DNA of 64,000 nucleotides, taken from Magnetococcales bacterium (GTDB taxonomy: Bacteria > Pseudomonadota > Magnetococcia > Magnetococcales > UBA8363). Position numbers and translations under genes: made by a program. Where the stretch lies: assembly GCA_015660855.1 (NCBI GenBank), contig JACSDG010000054.1:1981-65980 (forward strand), written 5' to 3'. How positions within the stretch are numbered: position 1 is the first letter of the stretch; every line of letters begins with the position of its first letter. The notes beneath the pieces were generated by a model that saw only the letters and a list, made by a program, of their open reading frames with translations, was not told where the DNA came from and did no database searches. Positions 51,548 through 61,585 of this stretch are shown piece by piece.

Positions 51548-52750
51548 ATGGTCGTTCTATCCCAACGCATTCAGAAGGTAAAACCTTCGGCCACGCTGCA
51601 AATCACTGCCAAGGCCAAGGAGCTGCGCGCTCAAGGAAAAAATGTCATCGGCCTGGGAGCCGGAGAACCGGATTTCGACACCCCGGACCATATCAAACAG
51701 GCCGCTATAACCGCCTTGCGCGAAGGCTTTACCAAATACACCCCCGTCGATGGTATCCCCGAACTCAAAAAAGCCATCGTCGCCAAAATGCTTCGCGATA
51801 ACAATCTGACCTACAACCTGGACGAAATCCTGGTCACATCCGGAGGAAAACAGGCCTTTTTCAGTATGGCCCTGGCCTTGCTTAATCAAGGTGACGAGGT
51901 CATTATCCCCGCCCCCTATTGGGTCTCCTATCCCGACATGACCTTGGTCGCTGACGGTCATCCCGTCATCGTCGATACCCAAGAGTCTGACGGTTTCAAA
52001 CTCAGGCCTGAACAACTCAAAGCCGCCATCACCCCAAAAACCCGCTTTGTGGTCATCAACTCCCCATCCAATCCCACTGGTGCCGCCTACTCCGTCGATG
52101 AAATGGCAAAAATCGCTGAAGTCCTCCGGCCACTCCCTAACGTCTGGGTGATCAGTGACGACATCTACGAACAAATTGTCTACGACGGATTCCATAATAA
52201 CAACATTGTCCAAGTCGCCCCCTTCCTCAAAGATCGCACCATCCTCCTCAATGGGGTGTCCAAGACCTACTCGATGACCGGTTGGCGCATCGGCTACGCC
52301 GCAGGACCTCGCGATGCCATCAAGGCCATCGCCAAAATCCAGGAACAGAGCACCTCCTGTGCCACATCCATCGCCCAAAAGGCCGCAGCTGCCGCCATTT
52401 CGGGTGATCAAAGCTGCGTCCAACCCATGATCCAGGCGTTCCGCGAACGACGCGATTTTATCGTTCATGCACTCAACGCCATCCCCGGTATCCATTGCAA
52501 CAAACCCGAAGGTGCCTTCTACGTCTTTCCCAGCGTTGCGGGCTTGATGGGTAAAAAAACACCCAAAGGAAAACTCATCCAAAACAGTGCTGACTTGGCC
52601 GACCACCTCCTCAACGACCATGAGGTCGCCCTGGTCCCAGGTTCCGCCTTCGGCAAAGATCCGTTCGTCCGTATCTCTTTCGCCATATCCATGGACGACA
52701 TCAAAACCGCCATGACCAGAATCGAACAAGCCGCCCGCGAACTTGTCTGA
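51548..52750 (+). CDS. aspC: Aspartate aminotransferase (class I PLP)
   Basis: GAGEPDFDTP, NSPSNPTG, SDDIY, SKTYSMTGWRIG. Confidence 0.93.
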   Translation: MVVLSQRIQKVKPSATLQITAKAKELRAQGKNVIGLGAGEPDFDTPDHIKQAAITALREGFTKYTPVDGIPELKKAIVAKMLRDNNLTYNLDEILVTSGGKQAFFSMALALLNQGDEVIIPAPYWVSYPDMTLVADGHPVIVDTQESDGFKLRPEQLKAAITPKTRFVVINSPSNPTGAAYSVDEMAKIAEVLRPLPNVWVISDDIYEQIVYDGFHNNNIVQVAPFLKDRTILLNGVSKTYSMTGWRIGYAAGPRDAIKAIAKIQEQSTSCATSIAQKAAAAAISGDQSCVQPMIQAFRERRDFIVHALNAIPGIHCNKPEGAFYVFPSVAGLMGKKTPKGKLIQNSADLADHLLNDHEVALVPGSAFGKDPFVRISFAISMDDIKTAMTRIEQAARELV

Positions 52751-52904
52751 TTTCTACGCCCCAGCTTTGGGCTTGTCGGACACCCCGGAGTGGAAGAATC
52801 ATCCTTCCCATCCATCCGGGGTGCCCGCCCAAGCCTTGATCTTAGTTAAACACTTCGGGAAAGTCCCGGCCTGCCTGTTTCACAGATCCTCCATCCGGCC
52901 TATA

Positions 52905-53183
52905 TCCGTGTATCGGAGAAACAAAGTTTGGCAAAAAATTTTGTGGGAGTTATTTGTGGGGGTTAAGGGAAGAATCATCCCCCCCGGAGGAGGCTTGGAG
53001 ACAAACATGCTAAAGGTTTTTTATTTTAACTTTAACTCTTTACCTTGCGACAAAAAAAACAAATTTTCGAGCATGATGCCCTGCGGGCAAAAAAACAAAA
53101 TCAAAACCCTGGGGCTGCGCCCCTAGACAGTTCGCGCCCCTCCTGCCAGGAACGTGGCAGGAGGGGCAACCAAACAGTTACCC
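52905..53183. repeat. Composite modular repeat cluster ending in AAACAGTTAC
   Basis: GTTTGGCAAAAA, ATCATCCCCC, CATGATGCCCTGCGGGCAAAA and AAAACCCTGGGGCTGCGCCCCTAGAC modules. Confidence 0.75.
53136..53167. terminator. Perfect 13-bp hairpin between convergent aspC and cytochrome c
   Basis: GCCCCTCCTGCCA-GGAACG-TGGCAGGAGGGGC; no clear U tract. Confidence 0.45.
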
Positions 53184-53257
53184 TCAATGTTTGATGCCAC
53201 AGACACAACCCGGCCAACCAGGATAAACGGAACGGTCACCCGAATTGATCCTGAATT

Positions 53258-53614
53258 TTAACGTGTTGACAGCCATTTAGCAATACTGTCCAGTTCGGTC
53301 GCCGAAGGACCAATGTCACAGGATTCACTTGTGGCTTGGGTAGAATAATACTTGGCATGCATGACAACAGCCCGTCCTTTACGTTCGCCTGAGAGAATAT
53401 CAGCCGCTTCCTTGCGGATAAAATCATAACCTTTACCGCCAATGACAGGAATAATATCCGATTTGGGGGATTTGCCATCTTTTCCATGACAATTATCACA
53501 TAAAAAACTTAGATACTTCTTTTCACCTTCATCTGCCAGACTGTTACTCGATGGAATAAGCATTCCAAGCACAGTAACGGTTGCAACACACGATATGATT
53601 GTCTTGTACATCAT
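53258..53614 (-). CDS. Monoheme cytochrome c (c553/c4-like)
   Basis: Signal peptide, CDNCH, P.IGG motif, distal Met (VMH). Confidence 0.85.
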   Translation of the reverse strand: MMYKTIISCVATVTVLGMLIPSSNSLADEGEKKYLSFLCDNCHGKDGKSPKSDIIPVIGGKGYDFIRKEAADILSGERKGRAVVMHAKYYSTQATSESCDIGPSATELDSIAKWLSTR

Positions 53615-53640
53615 CTACTCTCCTATTGATCTAAGGTACG

Positions 53641-53744
53641 AACATGATGCCCTTCGGGCAAAAAACCAAAACCTTGGGGCACTGCCCCGAACCCCGCCGG
53701 GAGGGATGATCCCCTCCGGACCCCCACAATAATTTTTGCCAAAC
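53641..53744. repeat. Modular hairpin repeat
   Basis: AACATGATGCCCTTCGGGCAAAAAACCAAAACCTTGGGGCACTGCCCCGAACCCCGCCGGGAGGGATGATCCCCTCCGGACCCCC...TTTTTGCCAAAC. Confidence 0.8.
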
Positions 53745-54125
53745 ATACGTTGAAATAGAACAAGAATACTTGCAGCAATAAGTAGAAATTAAAAGCAATA
53801 TCAACACGTTGTCTATTTTTACTCGAACAAAGTGGATACGTAGTTGATGGAAGTAACGCCGAAACGCTGCCCGAGCAACTCGACACGCAATGGATCAGGA
53901 TTTCCTCGATAGCCGTTGATACCGTAATAAACTCCTTCGGCAGACAAGCCTCCAACAAATGCTCACCCTATTGCAATCCTCCGAAAGCACCCTTTCGTCA
54001 TACCAAGAGTCTCAAGCAGCAGTCCCGTCACGGTATCCGGGAGATTTCCCATTGTCAAGATAAAATTTCACCGAATGTTTAAGGTGAATGTTCGCCGAAT
54101 GTCAACCTCGAAACTGGGCTTATAA

Positions 54126-54250
54126 CTCAGGATTCGCTCATTTTTTAATGAGATTCTAACGAATGCCATTCATGTTCTGTACAAATCCAAAACGGAATGT
54201 CGAGCAGCGTCAAAATCCTCTTTTGGATTTCAGACAGCGGCGTCACGCTT
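54126..54250 (-). mobile_element. Transposase 3' remnant (IS1634/IS4-like) with probable IS end
   Basis: Minus strand VTPLSEIQKRILTLLDIP..., then AAAATGAGCGAATCCTGAG. Confidence 0.55.
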
Positions 54251-54253
54251 GTC

Positions 54254-54447
54254 CTATCTCAGGGTCAGAAATCCTTCCAGCTTTCTGATCCAGTCTCCCA
54301 TGGTCATGGGGATGCGCCGTGCGGCCTGGGATTCGGCGAAAATCAGATACTGTTCCGCCAGATTGTTCAAGGCGCACAATTCGTCCTCGTGCAGGTAGTT
54401 CCTGGCGATGACCACGTCCGCTTTGCGCACCAGCACCCCTTCCCAGT
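54254..54447 (-). pseudogene. RhuM-family (virulence protein) internal fragment
   Basis: WEGVLVRKADVVIARNYLHEDELCALNNLAEQYLIFAESQAARRIPMTMGDWIRKLEGFL; cut off at the MITE. Confidence 0.8.
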
Positions 54448-54573
54448 GTAACCATTCAGTCCCCCTTTTTTTTAAGGTTGAAATTATTGCGGGGGTTAAG
54501 GGAGGGATCATCCCCCCTTAACCCCCGCATCAATTTCAACCCTAATATAAGGAGGGGGAGACTGAATGGTTAC
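54448..54573. mobile_element. 126-bp MITE
   Basis: Perfect 14-bp TIR GTAACCATTCAGTC / GACTGAATGGTTAC; almost entirely palindromic; no target duplication visible. Confidence 0.85.
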
Positions 54574-54606
54574 GAACAGCTTGAACCCAGTGCCCCAGAC
54601 CTGATC

Positions 54607-55665
54607 TCAGTTGAACACTTCGGGATAGTCCCGACTCGCCTGTTTTAAATCCGCCATCCGGCCTATGTCCATCCAATAATCAAGAAACGGAAATGCCGCT
54701 GTGGCGTGGCCGTGCTCTATGACCTTATGGAACAAATCGGGCATGTCAAAGTAGGTGTTCGTCGGAATATAACTCATAACCTTGGGATCCAATAAATAAA
54801 TCCCCGCATTGATAAAATACTCCTGCACCGGTTTTTCTTCGATACTCAACAGAGTATGTTGGTGGGTATGCACTACCCCGTAAGGTATCGCCTGCTCCAC
54901 CTTCCGCACACACAACGTTGCCAACGATCCATGTTCCTCATGAAACTCCAATATGTTCTTATAGTTGATCTGGGTTAAAAGATCCCCGTTCATGACAAAA
55001 AATGGATCCTGCGGAACCTCCGGCAATAGCGACAACGGCCCCGCAGTGCCCCGCCTGTCATCCTCCTCCAAATATTGGATATCCACCCCCCAGGCACTTC
55101 CATCCTTGAAATAATCCTGGATGATCTCCTTGCGATAATTCACTGAGAAAAAAAACTGCTTGAAACCATAAGCGGCAAAACTCTCCAAAATCAACTCCAG
55201 TATGGGTTTGGTTCCCACCTTCAACATGGGTTTGGGACACGATTTGGTCAACGGACCCATCCGTGAACCAAGCCCTCCCGCCATAAGAACGACCCAATTG
55301 TTGCGCTGCTCCCGACTGGCCAATTCCCTTAATGTCTTCAGACCAATCAATCGCCCTTCATCATCAACAATAGGCATATGGTCGATACTTTTGCTGGTCA
55401 TCAAGGCCAGAACCCGTTCCTCCGCATCGGATGACCTGGCTACGGTCGGAGACCGCGCCATCACCTGCTCCACAGGATCTTTCATATTGACCCCACTCAG
55501 AAGTCCTCTGCGTATGTCACCATCCGTGACGACACCCATCAAACGGCTTGATTCATCCGTTACCAGAGCCACCCTCAACGCTCCACGATCAATCACTTTC
55601 ATGACATCCAGTACCGATGTCTGCGAACCAATGACAACCCTTCGCCAATACTCAACGGCCGTCAT
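54607..55665 (-). CDS. CBS-pair plus sugar nucleotidyltransferase (PtmE/LegX-like)
   Basis: TDGDIRRGLL CBS, MAGGLGSRMGPLT..CPKPML, VMNGDLLT, YWMDIGR. Confidence 0.9.
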   Translation of the reverse strand: MTAVEYWRRVVIGSQTSVLDVMKVIDRGALRVALVTDESSRLMGVVTDGDIRRGLLSGVNMKDPVEQVMARSPTVARSSDAEERVLALMTSKSIDHMPIVDDEGRLIGLKTLRELASREQRNNWVVLMAGGLGSRMGPLTKSCPKPMLKVGTKPILELILESFAAYGFKQFFFSVNYRKEIIQDYFKDGSAWGVDIQYLEEDDRRGTAGPLSLLPEVPQDPFFVMNGDLLTQINYKNILEFHEEHGSLATLCVRKVEQAIPYGVVHTHQHTLLSIEEKPVQEYFINAGIYLLDPKVMSYIPTNTYFDMPDLFHKVIEHGHATAAFPFLDYWMDIGRMADLKQASRDYPEVFN

Positions 55666-55869
55666 AACTGTTTCCTCCCTGGTTCAACATTCCTAAAGAA
55701 TTGCCAGATCACAATGGACCATTCCAACCTGCTCACACCCTGACAAATCCAAGGTTCACAAGAAGAATCGCAAAAAGAATGCCGGAGGGGAAAAATTGAA
55801 GGTAAACCGAAAATATCGCAACCCATAGACTTTCCTCGGGGTAAATCTTCACTGCCCTTGCGGCAGGAA

Positions 55870-56583
55870 TTACCCCCATGAGTTTCCAGAAGGCATCATT
55901 TTTTCCCTTGCCACCAGGAGTCGGGCCGGAACCCCTCCGACAACCGTATTGGCCGCGACATCTCTGATCACCGTAGACCCCGCCGCAATCAATGCTCCTG
56001 CACCAATGCAAACCCCCTGAATAACCACCGCTCCGGTACCCACATGAACTCCACGCCCAACACGAACCCCACCCGATAGCACAACCCGGGGGGCAATATG
56101 AACATGGTCTTCGATGATACATTCATGATCGATGCAAGCCCCGGTATTAATGATGACATTATCCTTCAGTACCGTCGCGGGTTGCACAATCGCCCCAGCC
56201 ATGATCTGGCATCCCTCCCCCAAAACAACGCCATCCGCCAAAAACAGGTTGGGGTGAATAACCGCAGCAAAGCGATATCCCAGCTGCCGGTAATGGTTAA
56301 AAAGTTGTTCGCGTTTGCCATTGTTTCCCACCGACCCGATTCCCAAAACCAACGCGACCCTTTCCGGGGGGAATTCCTGCAATAAATGTCTATCGGAATT
56401 TATTTTTTCGATAGTTTCTGCCCAGGGAGGAACACCAGCATTTTCGGGGATGTAAACACCCACGACTTTTCTTGGTCCACGGTTCAAGGCATCCAGCAAC
56501 ACCTGGGCATGCCCTCCCGCCCCCAGCAGGATCAATGGATTCAATGACGATGTCGAACCAACAGGGTTATTGATCGCAATCAC
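55870..56583 (-). CDS. NeuD/PglD-family hexapeptide sugar acetyltransferase
   Basis: GAGGHA, IINTGACIDHEC, hexapeptide repeats, GVPAR. GTG start overlaps the legC stop. Confidence 0.9.
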   Translation of the reverse strand: MIAINNPVGSTSSLNPLILLGAGGHAQVLLDALNRGPRKVVGVYIPENAGVPPWAETIEKINSDRHLLQEFPPERVALVLGIGSVGNNGKREQLFNHYRQLGYRFAAVIHPNLFLADGVVLGEGCQIMAGAIVQPATVLKDNVIINTGACIDHECIIEDHVHIAPRVVLSGGVRVGRGVHVGTGAVVIQGVCIGAGALIAAGSTVIRDVAANTVVGGVPARLLVAREKMMPSGNSWG

Positions 56584-57731
56584 GACGCCATGACTCCGCG
56601 ATACACCCAATCGACCACCTGTTCAAGTTCCAGATCGGTCACCGTGGTGGAACAAGGCAACACGACAATCCGATGCCACACATTTTCGCTGACCGTCTGA
56701 CGTGTCGCCGGGACGTTGCGATAGGGTTCCTGAAGATGCAACGGTTTCCAAAACGGTTTGGCCTCCACCCCCTGCTGCCGCAAAAAGTTTCTCAGGCTCG
56801 CAGAAGAAGATACGGATTTATCTTTCAGGACAACGCCGGAAAACCAAGCCGCCGACTGTCCGTGGACGGATCGGGGAAACAGAGAGACTTTGTCAAGATT
56901 TTCAAAGGCTCGGCCATAAAAATCCCGTATCCATCTTTTCCGTGCCACCAGATGATCCAACCGTTCCAGTTGCGCACATCCGACGGCGGCCTGAATATTG
57001 GTCAAACGATAATTAAACCCCACCTGGTCGTGGTCATAAGCTTCGCCAATCCGGGCCGTGGTTGACAAATGGCGCACATGTTTTAACAAATCTTCCCGCA
57101 TGCCAACGACGGCACCGCCCCCGCCGCAGGTTACCGTTTTATTGCCATTGAATGAAAAAACCGTCAGATCGGCTCCCAGATCACCCACTTGGCGTCCTCG
57201 GTAAATGGCCCCCAGGGCGGCGGCGGCGTCAGCCACCACCGGCAATCCAAAATGCCCGGCCAAGGCGACAACCCGATCCATATCCACCGGATCTCCCAGG
57301 ATATGGACCGGCATGATGGCAGCCACCCGCTGTCCGGTTTTTTTACAGATGACACGCCCGCATCGGGTGTCACATTCCTCTTTAAGGATTTGTTCCAACA
57401 ATCCAACGTCCATGTGCCAGGTATCTGGATCACAATCCACCAACCAGGGCCGAGCACCGCAATAGCTTACCGCATTGGCACTGGCAATAAAGGTCAGGCT
57501 GGGAACCAGCACCAAATCACCCGGTCCAACGCCAAGGGCGACCAGGGCCACATGCAGCCCAGCCGTACCCGAAGCGGTGGCCACGGCAAAGGGAGATCCC
57601 GCAGCCGCCGCGACCATCTGTTCAAACCTGCCAACAAAAGGGCCTACCGAAGATACAAAGCCACTGGCAATGCACTCTTGCAGATAGTTGGCTTCGTTGC
57701 CGGAAAGATTGGGAACTGCCAGGGGTATCAT
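56580..57731 (-). CDS. legC: LegC-family (DegT/DnrJ) aminotransferase
   Basis: IPLAVPNLSGNE, VSSVGPFV, FSFNGNKTVTCGGGG, HDQVGFNYRLTNIQAAVG. Confidence 0.85.
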   Translation of the reverse strand: MIPLAVPNLSGNEANYLQECIASGFVSSVGPFVGRFEQMVAAAAGSPFAVATASGTAGLHVALVALGVGPGDLVLVPSLTFIASANAVSYCGARPWLVDCDPDTWHMDVGLLEQILKEECDTRCGRVICKKTGQRVAAIMPVHILGDPVDMDRVVALAGHFGLPVVADAAAALGAIYRGRQVGDLGADLTVFSFNGNKTVTCGGGGAVVGMREDLLKHVRHLSTTARIGEAYDHDQVGFNYRLTNIQAAVGCAQLERLDHLVARKRWIRDFYGRAFENLDKVSLFPRSVHGQSAAWFSGVVLKDKSVSSSASLRNFLRQQGVEAKPFWKPLHLQEPYRNVPATRQTVSENVWHRIVVLPCSTTVTDLELEQVVDWVYRGVMAS

Positions 57732-57782
57732 GTTTTTTTGTCCATTTTTTTTACGACGAATCACCATTTATTTCCATGGCGA

Positions 57783-58985
57783 CTACATTTTTTCATCCAA
57801 ATTTTTTCCCCTGGCCAAGTGCTGCAATTCGGGAATTGCCAGTCCAAGACAATAGGCCATTCCTTCCACATCCCAATGGGGAGAGTCAAACAACGCGCTC
57901 AATCCCGTCAAAGCCTCCCGCACCCGTATTTCATGGACCGGAGGCCCTTTGACGACGACAATGTTTTCAAACCGGGTATCATCCAACGTTTCGCCGGCAT
58001 CAAAAAATTCCTCGTAAGGTTTTTCTCCCGAGGTGTCGCTGGGGGTAAAACAACAGGGCCAACGTCGATCCTGGGGATCCCGGCGACGGGCAAAAGCGCG
58101 TGCCTGTTTTTCATCGCGACAAAGCTCCGGCTCCAAACCTCGATCCTGCAACAACAACACGGCAATATCAGCAAAGCTTTTCAGGTCCAGGTTCTGGTCG
58201 AGTCGCGGGACAAATATTTCCCGGTGTCCCCCCAAAAAACAGGCAAGCAAACACAACTGGCCCGCCTCTTCGTGAGAAATGAAATATCGCTTGATGTCGT
58301 TGGGGGCCGACAACGGTTGACCTTTTTCCAAACGGCGCAAAAATCCGTGCAACAAACTGCCATCGGAAAAAGCCACGTTGGCAAAACGGGCACTGGAACA
58401 CGGGTAGGTGCGCGAGGCAAGAAACATCAATCGTTCCATCATGGCTTTGGAAGCACCCATCAGACTGGCAGGCTGCACCGCCTTGTCGGACGATACCGAA
58501 AAAAAACGCTGCGGCGGCGTCCGTTCCAATTCATCGAGCCACCAAGCCATATCCAAAATATTGGTTTTGATCATCCGCATGGTACTAAACGGATCACGTT
58601 CGGAACGAACATGTTTGAGGGCGGCAAAATTGACAACGACGTCGAAGGGGATAACGCTGGCGAGAAAACGCTCAAACATGGGGGTTCCCAAAGCGATGGA
58701 CACGGTGGAAAAATCCCCGGGAAACACCATATCGGAAGAACGCAAATCCCGAACCAGCTCTACCAGGTTGTTTTCGCTGGGATCGACCAGACACAAACCT
58801 TTTGGGCCCAACGCCATGAGTTGTTTGACAAAGTGAGATCCTATGGAGCCTGCGGCACCCACAACCAATATTCGGCAGCGGGATACCCTTGACTCCAGTT
58901 GCCCGTGAAAAATTTCAAAATCCTTCTGGAACAGTCCCTGGCTGCGCCCCAGCAGACGGGCCATAAAATCGGAATGCCTGAACAT
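57783..58985 (-). CDS. NDP-GlcNAc 4,6-dehydratase (Polysacc_synt_2, LegB-like)
   Basis: GAAGSIG, ENNLVELVRDLRS, AALKHVRSE, SSDKAV, ARFANVAFSDGSL, TSGEKPYEEF. Confidence 0.88.
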   Translation of the reverse strand: MFRHSDFMARLLGRSQGLFQKDFEIFHGQLESRVSRCRILVVGAAGSIGSHFVKQLMALGPKGLCLVDPSENNLVELVRDLRSSDMVFPGDFSTVSIALGTPMFERFLASVIPFDVVVNFAALKHVRSERDPFSTMRMIKTNILDMAWWLDELERTPPQRFFSVSSDKAVQPASLMGASKAMMERLMFLASRTYPCSSARFANVAFSDGSLLHGFLRRLEKGQPLSAPNDIKRYFISHEEAGQLCLLACFLGGHREIFVPRLDQNLDLKSFADIAVLLLQDRGLEPELCRDEKQARAFARRRDPQDRRWPCCFTPSDTSGEKPYEEFFDAGETLDDTRFENIVVVKGPPVHEIRVREALTGLSALFDSPHWDVEGMAYCLGLAIPELQHLARGKNLDEKM

Positions 58986-59000
58986 CCGCCAACCCCCTCC

Positions 59001-61487
59001 TTAAGCTTCCAACTTGTCAAGCAGCAACCGTGCTGCCTTATGTCCTTCATCTTTCTTAAGAATTTCATTACAATAATATTTTGCCTCAACCCAATCCCCC
59101 TGTTCAAACAATAACTGCCCCATCTTGAGCATTGCAATAAAATCATTTTTGATCACTCGGGTATAATCCCGGTAAACTGCAATGGCTTTAACCTTGTCTC
59201 CAGTCAATTGCAGGAGTCCCGCGTAGAGGGGGTAATGCAACAGGGAATTTCCCGCCAGACGGCTGGCAACAGCACAGGCACTGACCAGCTCTTCCAAACG
59301 CAGATAAATGATCAGTTGTCGTTGCAGACCCTCCAAAATCAACGGCTCAAAGGAGATCAACCGATAGCATCTCAACGCCTGGTCAAAATCAGAAGCCTTC
59401 TCGGACAGCAACCCACGAATAAGGTGGATAAATTGCTCTTTTTCTTCCATGGTTCCCTGTTGGACGCCTTCCATGAAATGTTGCAACCGTTCCACTTCGC
59501 CGTTTTGAAACATGGCCATGACTTTGGAGCGAACGGCCTGTGGGGAAGCCAGACGATTTTTGCAATGTTCCTTGTAGTCGGTTTCCGTTTGCTGCATGAG
59601 AACGATAAAATCGTCCTCTAGGGTTTGCAATCGTTTCGCCATTTTTTCCGGGACATCGGCCAGATCGGATCCACGTTTGGCCAGCAAGATGGCGACACGT
59701 CCCGGCTGGCCATCCTTCTGGTATTGTTCCAGGATGCGCTTTAGGTTGGGAGAGGGTTTTTCCTCTTCCTGGCGTACCTGGACGCGTGCCCGATTGTCAT
59801 CAATGGTCTTTAAAAGGTCCGTGGCACTGTCGCGATAAATTTCATAGTAACGCAAACCGATATTTTCGATTTCCGCATCACTCCATTCCCTGTCCTTGTT
59901 GGGACGGCTGAGTTTAAGAAATTCACCCACACTCCATCTTTTGACCAGACGGGAAACTTCCGTGTGCTCCTTATCCAGGATGTTTTCAATTTCATCCATC
60001 CGTTTTTTATATTTAAAGTCTGGCGGCTTGCCCTTGCGGCCAAAAAGACTCTTGTTACAATCTACCGCTTCGGCGGTGAGTTTCCGGACATCGCGAATGG
60101 CCTTGCGAATCCGCAATAATTCCTCCTCCACCTGCTGCAAATGCCGGATGCGATCCGACGAAGTTTCTTCGGGGAGGGCCTGTTGTATCAAATCCCAGGA
60201 GGTTGTATCCACGGGATCGCATGCGATCTCGTCCCATGAACGCCAAGCGACACCCTCGATCTTGGCGGCAGCAGCAGCGGGGTTGATGATTTCGATTTCC
60301 TTGGATTTGGCATAGACAGCCAATTGTTTCAAGGCGGGTATGGCATTGAAAAAATCACTGCTGGTTTCGGCACGCCAGCCGCCATTGGTTTCCACCCACA
60401 GTTCGGAACGATGCACATAAGGACCGGTGGCCATCTCCACGCTGCCTCGGGCATGCGTAAAACCCTCCTTGCTGAAGCATAAATCAAATCCACCCAGGAT
60501 AATCCTGGAAAACCCCATCTCGGCGGCAGCCCCCAGGGCCTGATGGCTGACGGTAATGCCTGGATAATTTCTTGGCTGCGGATTCAGCGGGGATACCCAG
60601 GGAAACAGGTTGCCCATATACAGACTGCGTCCCCGCCACATGCCCACCAGCCTGGGATTAAGATGATACATATTGACAAAAATACTTTTTTGATGAAATT
60701 CCAGAACCTGCTTACTTTGATGAAAGATGATGTCGTGAGGATCAATGGCAAAAAACATATCCGGGACAATGTTTTCGCGCGCCAACTGTACCGCGATACG
60801 CGCCACCGCCATCACCGTCAGGTGATCGCGATTTTTCCTGACCCAATCAAAGCATTCGTCCAAAGAAGGGCCACCGCCCAAAAGAATCGCGGTGCGTCCC
60901 TTGAAAACCTGATCCAATACATGGACGGGGGTTCGGTTCTCCGACAGATTCTCAAGGCACTTAAGCATGAAAATGCGCGATCCGATCTCCTGCCCCATGG
61001 AAATCAAAAACTGGCCGAGATATTCGTCAAAACTGTTCCAGAGTTTGACATAGTCTTCATGAAAACCATCAATCACCGCCATGGAACGCCAGGGACGGAC
61101 ATTGCCGATATAAAAATAATCCTTGATGGCAAATTCTTCCGCCTTTTTCATCCATTCGTCCGGGGTAGCGATTGCCACATGGTCGGGAAGCTCGTCGGGG
61201 AGCAGATTTTCCTCACGCAACCGTTGCAGCATTTCGGGATGTTCGATAAAAATAAAACGACTGTCCTGGGCTGTTTCCTTGTTGACAACCCAATGGACGA
61301 GCAGACCCCCATCGGTCCCCGGTATAAGATTCAAGAAATCCTTGCGATCAATCATCGGACCGAGATAGCGATGGAAAAAACTTTCCGAACCCGTTTTGGA
61401 AAAAGTTTCCCCATTGACGGCAGGAAAATAACGTTCACCAAAAGTATTGGTGAGTATGGAACCAAAAGGAAAAGGGGTATCGCTCAT
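59001..61487 (-). CDS. maf: Motility-associated factor (Maf/DUF115) flagellin glycosyltransferase with C-terminal TPR-like region
   Basis: AILLGGGPSL, PDMFFAIDP, GITVSH, MGFSRIILGGFDLCF...THARG; heads the sugar-synthesis operon. Confidence 0.85.
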   Translation of the reverse strand: MSDTPFPFGSILTNTFGERYFPAVNGETFSKTGSESFFHRYLGPMIDRKDFLNLIPGTDGGLLVHWVVNKETAQDSRFIFIEHPEMLQRLREENLLPDELPDHVAIATPDEWMKKAEEFAIKDYFYIGNVRPWRSMAVIDGFHEDYVKLWNSFDEYLGQFLISMGQEIGSRIFMLKCLENLSENRTPVHVLDQVFKGRTAILLGGGPSLDECFDWVRKNRDHLTVMAVARIAVQLARENIVPDMFFAIDPHDIIFHQSKQVLEFHQKSIFVNMYHLNPRLVGMWRGRSLYMGNLFPWVSPLNPQPRNYPGITVSHQALGAAAEMGFSRIILGGFDLCFSKEGFTHARGSVEMATGPYVHRSELWVETNGGWRAETSSDFFNAIPALKQLAVYAKSKEIEIINPAAAAAKIEGVAWRSWDEIACDPVDTTSWDLIQQALPEETSSDRIRHLQQVEEELLRIRKAIRDVRKLTAEAVDCNKSLFGRKGKPPDFKYKKRMDEIENILDKEHTEVSRLVKRWSVGEFLKLSRPNKDREWSDAEIENIGLRYYEIYRDSATDLLKTIDDNRARVQVRQEEEKPSPNLKRILEQYQKDGQPGRVAILLAKRGSDLADVPEKMAKRLQTLEDDFIVLMQQTETDYKEHCKNRLASPQAVRSKVMAMFQNGEVERLQHFMEGVQQGTMEEKEQFIHLIRGLLSEKASDFDQALRCYRLISFEPLILEGLQRQLIIYLRLEELVSACAVASRLAGNSLLHYPLYAGLLQLTGDKVKAIAVYRDYTRVIKNDFIAMLKMGQLLFEQGDWVEAKYYCNEILKKDEGHKAARLLLDKLEA

Positions 61488-61585
61488 GGTTAAAGGTCTT
61501 CAACCTGAAAGTGAGGGGATCGCTTGATCTTTACTTTGGAAAAGGTCTATCTTCTTAAACAGACTTATCCGATCCCCCCCGGCAA

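Noticed and set aside
34273-58892. Long antisense ORFs (e.g. 34273-35352, 38465-39559, 40837-42375, 51557-52729, 57189-58892)
   Set aside because: Shadow frames opposite well-supported genes, with no motifs of their own.
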